A program made the position numbers and the translations under genes. A stretch of DNA of 64,000 nucleotides from Candidatus Latescibacterota bacterium (lineage in GTDB: Bacteria; Latescibacterota; UBA2968; UBA8231), in NCBI GenBank assembly GCA_965248355.1, contig OZ252098.1:3360001-3424000 (forward strand), written 5' to 3'. Positions within the stretch are counted from its first letter, which is position 1. Each line of letters begins with the position of its first letter. The notes below the pieces were generated by a model that did not search any database, was not told the DNA's origin, and was given only the letters and a program-made list of their open reading frames with translations. Shown piece after piece: positions 58,458 to 64,000 of the stretch.

Positions 58458-59930
58458 GTGATCGATCCCAGATACCTGCTCAGCGACCAGCAGATGCGCG
58501 ACTACATCACCAGGGGCTACCTCGTGCTCAACACGAGCCTGCCGGCCGCCCTGCACGAAGAGATCTACCGGCGCACGTCGGAGATCATGGAGAAGGAGGG
58601 CAATCCGGGGAACAACATCCTGCCCCGGGTGCCGCAGCTCAGGCTGGTCTTCGAGGATCCGGCAATGCGCGGGGCGCTGACGAGCGTGCTCGGCCCCGAC
58701 CACATCATGCACTCCCACCGCCACTGCCACGTGAACCGGGGCGGCAGCGACGGCGGCGGCACCCACAAGGACAGCTACTGGGGCTTCCAGCGCCTGCGCA
58801 ACCACCGCACCCGCTGGGCCATGCTGTTCTACTACCCCCAGGACGTGTCCGAGGCCAACGGCCCCACCGGGGTGGTGCCGGGCTCCCAGAACTACCTGGC
58901 CAGGGAGTCCTGGGAGACGGTCGGCGATGCCGTGCCCTGCCTCGGCGCCGCGGGTACCGCCGCCCTCGTCCACTTCGACCTGTGGCACCGGGCCTTCCCC
59001 AACCAGACCGACACCACCCGCTACATGATGAAGTTCCAGTTCACCCGCATGTCCGAGCCCACGGCTCCGACCTGGCGCTCCGAGACCGGCGAGTGGCCCG
59101 GCGGCAACGGCCTGGGCAACCGCCACGACGCCATGTGGAGGTCGGCCTGGAGCTGGCACCGCGGTGAGTCATTCGATGCCCCGGCCGCCGCAGGCGGCGC
59201 CGAGACCATCGAGCGCCTGCGCGGCGGCGATCTGGACGAGCGGCTCGAGGCCGCCGCCTCTCTGGGAGGGACCGGGGCCACCTCCGCCGGGGTGGCCGCC
59301 CTGCGCGACGCTTTGCGGGACGAGGCCGAGCCGGTACGGCTGAACGCGGCCTACGGACTGGGGGCGGTCGGCGAGAGCGCCATCGACGCCCTCCTCGACG
59401 CCCTCGACGACGAGGTGGAAGCCGCCCGTCTGAACGCATCCTACGGACTGGCCGCCGCCGGCCCCGCGGCCGAGCCGGCGCTGATCGAGGCCTGCAGCGC
59501 GCCGACGGAATCGAGCCGCGGGTACGCGGCCTTCGCTCTCGGGGAGATGGGGGCGGGTTCCAAGGCCGTGGAGGCGGTGGCGGGGCTGGCGCGGGATCCC
59601 TCGGAGGTCGTGCGGCGCAACGCGGCCGACGCCCTCGGCACGATGCAGGGGCGGCCGGAGGCGGCGGTCCCCGCCCTGGAGAAGCTGCTGGCCGACGATG
59701 ACGACCAGGTGCGCTTCGACGCGGCCTACGGACTGGCGCGCCTCGGACCCGAGGCGGCCCCGGCCACCGAGGCCCTGGTGGCGGCCCTGGAGGACGGCAA
59801 CCGCTACGTCCGCAACCACAGCGCCGAAGCCCTGCAGAGGATCGGCACACCGCAGGCCAGGGAGGCGCTCTACGACTTCCTCACGGTCTCCCGCTGGTGC
59901 CCGATCACCAACCGCGAAAGCACGTTCTGA
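58458..59930 (+). CDS. PhyH-family dioxygenase fused to PBS-lyase HEAT repeats
   Basis: HKDSYW, YYPQD, GPTGVVPGS, DLWHRA, RYMMKFQF; repeats VRLNAAYGLG, VRRNAADALG, VRFDAAYGLA; GTG with AGGAGG RBS. Confidence 0.9.
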   Translation: MIDPRYLLSDQQMRDYITRGYLVLNTSLPAALHEEIYRRTSEIMEKEGNPGNNILPRVPQLRLVFEDPAMRGALTSVLGPDHIMHSHRHCHVNRGGSDGGGTHKDSYWGFQRLRNHRTRWAMLFYYPQDVSEANGPTGVVPGSQNYLARESWETVGDAVPCLGAAGTAALVHFDLWHRAFPNQTDTTRYMMKFQFTRMSEPTAPTWRSETGEWPGGNGLGNRHDAMWRSAWSWHRGESFDAPAAAGGAETIERLRGGDLDERLEAAASLGGTGATSAGVAALRDALRDEAEPVRLNAAYGLGAVGESAIDALLDALDDEVEAARLNASYGLAAAGPAAEPALIEACSAPTESSRGYAAFALGEMGAGSKAVEAVAGLARDPSEVVRRNAADALGTMQGRPEAAVPALEKLLADDDDQVRFDAAYGLARLGPEAAPATEALVAALEDGNRYVRNHSAEALQRIGTPQAREALYDFLTVSRWCPITNRESTF

Positions 59931-59964
59931 GCCCCGGACAAGCTCCCAGAAAGGACTCCACGCA

Positions 59965-61545
59965 ATGGCGCAGACACAGCCGGTCCTGATCGCCGGTCAG
60001 TGGCGGCACTCCCGGGCCGCCGGCACCTTCGAGCCGACGAACCCGCGCACCCGGCAGGCCACGGGAGAGACCTACCCCGTCAGCGGTCCGGAGGAGGTCA
60101 CCGAGGCCGTCGAGGCGGCGGCCGCCGCCTCCGAGGCGCTCCAGGATTCCCATCCCGCCGGCGCCGCCGCCTTCCTCGAGGCCTTCGCCGGCCGCATCGA
60201 GGCCCGCGCCGGCGAGATCGTCGCCATGGCCGAGACCGAGACGGGCCTTCCCGCCGCGCCCCGGCTGGCCGGGATCGAGCTGCCCCGAACCACCAGCCAG
60301 CTCCGCCAGGCGGCGGCCGCGGCCCTGGCCCGGTCCTGGAGCCTGCCCACCATCGACACCGGCAGCGGCATCCGCTCCATGTACCGGGCCCTCGAAGGGG
60401 GCGTCGCCGTCTTCGGGCCGAACAATTTCCCCCTCGCCTTCAACAGCGTCTCGGGCGGTGACTTCGCCGCCGCCATCGGCGCCGGTTGCCCGGTGATCGC
60501 CAAGGCCAACTCCTCCCACCCGGGCACGACCCGCCTGCTCGCCGAGGAAGCCCTGGCGGCCGTCAGGGAGACGGGCCTGCCGGAAGCGACGGTGCAGCTC
60601 CTCTACCGGACCGACCACGAAGTCGGCAAGAGGCTGGTCTCGCACCCGCAGATCGGGGCCACGGGCTACACCGGGTCGAGGGCGGCGGGCCTGGCCCTCA
60701 AGGCGGCGGCCGACGCCGCCGGCAAGCCCATCTACCTGGAACTGAGCTCCATCAACCCCGTGTACGTGCTGCCCGGGGCGATCCGCGAGCGGGGCTCCGA
60801 CATCGTCGGGGAGTTCCAGACCTCCTGTCTCATGGGGACCGGGCAGTTCTGCACCAACCCGGGGATCGTCGTGGTCCTGGCCGGCGACGAGGCCGAGGAC
60901 TTCATCGCGCAGACCGCGGACGGCTTCGACAACGCTCCGGTGGGAACGCTGCTGGCCGAAGGCGTTGAGAGCGGGATGGAGGCGAGCGTCCGCGCCCTGC
61001 AGGCCGCCGGCGCCGAGCTGGTCACCGGGGGAAGGGCCGGCGCCGGCACCGGCTACAGCTACAGCAACACCCTGCTGCGGACCACCGCGAGCAGGTTCCT
61101 GGGCGACCCGGAGGCGCTGCAGACCGAGGCCTTCGGCAACGAGAGCCTCTTCGTGGTGGCCGACGACGTCGACCAGGCCGCCGAGGTGGCGCGCCGACTC
61201 GAGGGCAACCTCACCGGCTGCATCTACTCCGACACGGGCGGCTCCGACGACGACGCCTACGAGCGCATCGCCCCGGCCCTGCGGCGGCGGGTGGGTCGCC
61301 TGCTCAACGACAAGATGCCCACGGGCGTGGCCGTGGTGCCCTCCATGAACCACGGCGGGCCGTACCCGGCCACGGGACACCCCGGCTTCACCGCCGTCGG
61401 CATCCCCGCCTCCATGCTGCGCTTCGCCATGCTCTGCTGCTACGACGAGGTGCGCCCCCACCGCCTGCCGGTGGAGCTGCGGGACGAGAACCCCGGCCGC
61501 GTCTGGCGCCTGATCGACGGGAACTGGACGCAGGCGGACGTGTAG
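59965..61545 (+). CDS. NADP-dependent aldehyde dehydrogenase (2,5-dioxovalerate / KGSA dehydrogenase-like)
   Basis: FGPNNFPLAF, GYTGS, ELSSINP, GQFCTNPG, EAFG, HGGPYPAT. Confidence 0.92.
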   Translation: MAQTQPVLIAGQWRHSRAAGTFEPTNPRTRQATGETYPVSGPEEVTEAVEAAAAASEALQDSHPAGAAAFLEAFAGRIEARAGEIVAMAETETGLPAAPRLAGIELPRTTSQLRQAAAAALARSWSLPTIDTGSGIRSMYRALEGGVAVFGPNNFPLAFNSVSGGDFAAAIGAGCPVIAKANSSHPGTTRLLAEEALAAVRETGLPEATVQLLYRTDHEVGKRLVSHPQIGATGYTGSRAAGLALKAAADAAGKPIYLELSSINPVYVLPGAIRERGSDIVGEFQTSCLMGTGQFCTNPGIVVVLAGDEAEDFIAQTADGFDNAPVGTLLAEGVESGMEASVRALQAAGAELVTGGRAGAGTGYSYSNTLLRTTASRFLGDPEALQTEAFGNESLFVVADDVDQAAEVARRLEGNLTGCIYSDTGGSDDDAYERIAPALRRRVGRLLNDKMPTGVAVVPSMNHGGPYPATGHPGFTAVGIPASMLRFAMLCCYDEVRPHRLPVELRDENPGRVWRLIDGNWTQADV

Positions 61546-61607
61546 CCGCGGCGGGCGGCAGGGTCCGCGGCCGCAGCAGGGTCCAGGCAGCGGGGTCCGC
61601 GGGGCAA

Positions 61608-61698
61608 GCCTACTTGTGGGCGTGGTGGAAGGCCCCGGGGCGCGAGCAACGCGCCTTGCGCCGCCGCCTACCTGTGGGCGTGGTGGGAGGCCTCGGGG
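61608..61698. repeat. 33-bp imperfect direct repeat duplicating the 3' end of the adjacent gene
   Basis: GCCTACTTGTGGGCGTGGTGGAAGGCCCCGGGG (61608-61640) vs GCCTACCTGTGGGCGTGGTGGGAGGCCTCGGGG (61666-61698), 30/33 identical. Confidence 0.8.
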
Positions 61699-62858
61699 GC
61701 TCGGTACTCGACGTCGAGGTGGGGCGTCTCCAGGCGGCGGTGCCCCGCGTTCCGGGAGCGCAGGCAGCTCTCCAGGATCCCGCAGACGATGAGGGTCCGT
61801 TCCGCCGGGAAGGGGGCCGCCCCGGTGGCCAGCATCTCGTCGATCTTGGCCACCAGGCAGGCCGAGTAGGTGACGTTCGGCGTCGGCGTCAGCAGGAACT
61901 GGCACGACACCGGATCGGCCTCGCCCGCCAGCCGGGCGGCGAAGCAGTAGTCGCGCACGGCGCCGTTGATCATCAGCAGCGCCGCCCGCAGGCCGTCGCG
62001 GAACTCGACCAGGTAGGCCGCGGGCGCATCGACAAGCCGTTCGATCTCGCCCGAGCCGAGCAGGTCCTGGGTGCGGCCATCCTCCAGCGTCGCCCCCAGG
62101 GGGCTGTCCGAGCGCGACAGGGCCGCCTCCAGCAGCCGCATCGACCAGCGGCCTTCCCGGCCCGCCTCCCAGACCTCCTCCCCCTCGATGAGCTGCACCG
62201 CGGCGACGCCGGTCTCGCCCCCGCGGCGGCGCTCGATCATGCACTGCATCGCCTCCAGGGCGTGGTAGTCCATGGCGTCGGAGCCGCCCACGCCGATCAT
62301 CAGGGCCTCCTCGACGCCGGCCCCGTGGGGGATCTCCAAGTCCGGCAGCCTCCAGGTGACCGGCAGCGACGACCCGGCCAGGATGGGGAAGCCGAGGCGG
62401 CGTCCGTCCTCGACCATCTCCCGGGCGTAGTCGAAGCTGTAGGAGAGGTGCTTGTCGTTGTAGACCGGCACGGCGCGGCCATCGGCCTCGAAGACGGCCA
62501 CGCACTCCTTGAACAGCTCGTACCTCGGGTAGAGCTTCTGCCCCAGCTCGTTGTCCGGGTACTCGCCGTGCTCGCCGATGATCAGGACGCCGTCCACGGC
62601 CAACTCGCCGCCGCCGCAGCGCAGGGCCTCGGCCACCGTGGGATACACCTGGAACCCGAACTCCCGGGCCCGGTCGACGCCCTGATCGCCTTCGGGGGAC
62701 TGGTCGACGTAGAGGGATACGATCCGCCCCGGGGAACGGCGCCATTCGCCCTCGTACGGATAGCCGACGAGAAAGCGGTCGGCGAAGTGCTGGGCGTGGG
62801 ACAGGTAGCGGTAGATGGTGGCCACCACCGCCAGCCTCATGTCGCGGTCGTCGGGCAT
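61668..62858 (-). CDS. Conserved hypothetical protein, distant Gfo/Idh/MocA-like oxidoreductase
   Basis: SHAQH, SLYVDQ, DGVLIIGEHGEYP, NDKHLSY, AGSSLPVTWR, YHALEAMQCMIERR. Confidence 0.75.
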   Translation of the reverse strand: MPDDRDMRLAVVATIYRYLSHAQHFADRFLVGYPYEGEWRRSPGRIVSLYVDQSPEGDQGVDRAREFGFQVYPTVAEALRCGGGELAVDGVLIIGEHGEYPDNELGQKLYPRYELFKECVAVFEADGRAVPVYNDKHLSYSFDYAREMVEDGRRLGFPILAGSSLPVTWRLPDLEIPHGAGVEEALMIGVGGSDAMDYHALEAMQCMIERRRGGETGVAAVQLIEGEEVWEAGREGRWSMRLLEAALSRSDSPLGATLEDGRTQDLLGSGEIERLVDAPAAYLVEFRDGLRAALLMINGAVRDYCFAARLAGEADPVSCQFLLTPTPNVTYSACLVAKIDEMLATGAAPFPAERTLIVCGILESCLRSRNAGHRRLETPHLDVEYRAPEASHHAHR

Positions 62859-62866
62859 CTCCGTCC

Positions 62867-64000
62867 TCACGTGCGCCAGAAGGTGGATTCGGGGTTCGGC
62901 TGGTAGGTGACCTCGGCCAGGTGCGGCGTCTCGAGGCGCGCCTGGTCCTGGTGGAGGCTGTCCACGCCCGCGGCCGTCAGGCCCGTGGTCATCAGGGTGC
63001 GCTCCACCGGGTAGGAGGCCCGCCCGGTGAGGAACATGCGCTCCACGTTGTTGACTTGGGGGCTGAAGAAGTTGGCCAGCGAGGTGCGGGCCGGCGGCAT
63101 GGGCAGGTACATCTGGGTCGACAGGGGCTCCTCCTCCCCGGCCAGTCGCGCGGCGAAGTTGAAGTCCTGCACGAGGCCGCCCATGAGCAGCATGGCGCTG
63201 CGCAGGCCGTCGGCGTGCTCGTAGACATAGGCCACGGGGCTCTCGCAGAGCCGCTTCAGCTCGTCGATGTTGGGCCGCGCGTCGTTGAATCCCGGACGGG
63301 GCTGGGTGCGGGTGTGACTGCGGCTCAGGGCCGACTCGAACAGCTCCCGGGACCACACCCCGTCGTGATGGGCCTCCCAGAACCGCTCGTCGCGGTACGC
63401 CTGCAGCCCGACGACACCGTGCTCGCCCCCCTCCCGGCGCTCGACCATGCACTGCAGCGTCTCCAAGCCGTGGAAGTCGTAGCTGTCGACGCCGCCGTAG
63501 CAGACGCAGACCGCCTCCTCCACCCCTGCGCCGAGGGGCATCTCCAGAGAGGGCGTGCGCCAGGTGACGGGCAGCGACGAGCCGGCCATGAAGGCGAAGC
63601 CGAGCTCCACGGACTGGTCGTACATCTGGCGGGCCCAGTCCCAGTTCCAGGACAGGTGCTTGTCGTTGAAGACCGGCGCCGACTGGCCGGTGGTGCGGTA
63701 CACGGAGACGATCTGCTGGAAGAACTCGTAGCGGGGGTAGAGATGCTGGCCCTTCTCGTTGCGGTCGTACTGGCCGTGCTCCCCGACCAGCAGCACGCCG
63801 TCCACGGCCAGCTCCGACCCGCCCAGGGTGAGGGCGTCGGCGATGGTGGGCACCCCCCGCACCTCGGGGAACCGGGCGAGGCGGTCCGGCGTGAGGTCGC
63901 CCTCCGGGTGCTGGTCGACGTAGAGGGAGACCAGGTCCATCGGCGGGCGGTGGTGGCGCCCGTTCCAGCCGTAGCCCTCGAGGAAGCGGTCGACGATGTG
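62867..64000 (-). CDS. Tandem paralog of the previous gene, 5' end outside the window
   Basis: HIVDRFLEGY, SLYVDQ, DGVLLVGEHGQY, NDKHLSW, AGSSLPVTWR, FHGLETLQCMVERR. Confidence 0.75.
   Translation of the reverse strand, partial: HIVDRFLEGYGWNGRHHRPPMDLVSLYVDQHPEGDLTPDRLARFPEVRGVPTIADALTLGGSELAVDGVLLVGEHGQYDRNEKGQHLYPRYEFFQQIVSVYRTTGQSAPVFNDKHLSWNWDWARQMYDQSVELGFAFMAGSSLPVTWRTPSLEMPLGAGVEEAVCVCYGGVDSYDFHGLETLQCMVERREGGEHGVVGLQAYRDERFWEAHHDGVWSRELFESALSRSHTRTQPRPGFNDARPNIDELKRLCESPVAYVYEHADGLRSAMLLMGGLVQDFNFAARLAGEEEPLSTQMYLPMPPARTSLANFFSPQVNNVERMFLTGRASYPVERTLMTTGLTAAGVDSLHQDQARLETPHLAEVTYQPNPESTFWRT

Noticed and set aside
1..64000. Many long overlapping ORFs rich in R/P/G/A (e.g. 688-2556 +, 17688-19694 +, 51120-54872 -, 59905-62745 -)
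   Set aside because: Shadow frames of real genes in high-GC DNA; no recognisable motifs
1..64000. tRNA, rRNA, CRISPR array, riboswitch, integron attC or prophage genes
   Set aside because: No supporting pattern seen by eye; a covariance-model scan was not possible

Overview
High-GC bacterial chromosomal window with about 50 genes. No rRNA, tRNA or CRISPR array was seen. PhyH dioxygenases, a PhyH-HEAT fusion, hydantoinase/oxoprolinase, TonB receptors, a GOLPH3-like protein and a relic of a SupA-like PKS suggest a diderm marine-sponge symbiont (inference only). Main blocks: (1) 82-7414, a minus-strand catabolic/envelope run. (2) 7440-12075, an AT-richer type II R-M island with an intact N4-C methyltransferase and an HTH-nuclease gene broken by an ISKra4-family element; an IS630 sits exactly in its stop codon. 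(3) 22966-27488, a porin / Tat-type binding protein / output-less HAMP protein / OFA MFS module. (4) 27608-36964, an isoprenoid locus: squalene synthase, ispH, outer-membrane barrel, LolA-like protein, MMPL transporter and an MpaB/Lcp-like oxygenase split by IS66. (5) 37086-54758, the best candidate for an undescribed system: an apparent nitrogen-scavenging partner-switching island. It holds an NCS2 permease with a non-canonical substrate motif fused to a catalytically degenerate RsbW-like domain, a sensor kinase, two binding proteins, a REC-PP2C phosphatase, Amt preceded by RsbW and STAS instead of glnK, an NtrC-like palindrome and two TonB receptors. Four collapsed gene relics are interleaved (Tsx-like channel, PKS KS, a second NCS2 fusion, PLP decarboxylase). 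(6) 54987-64000, mixed catabolic genes. Four IS elements of four families keep their inverted repeats and target duplications. Six single-base frameshifts all fall in homopolymer runs and may be long-read errors. All family assignments are from motif recognition, with no database search.
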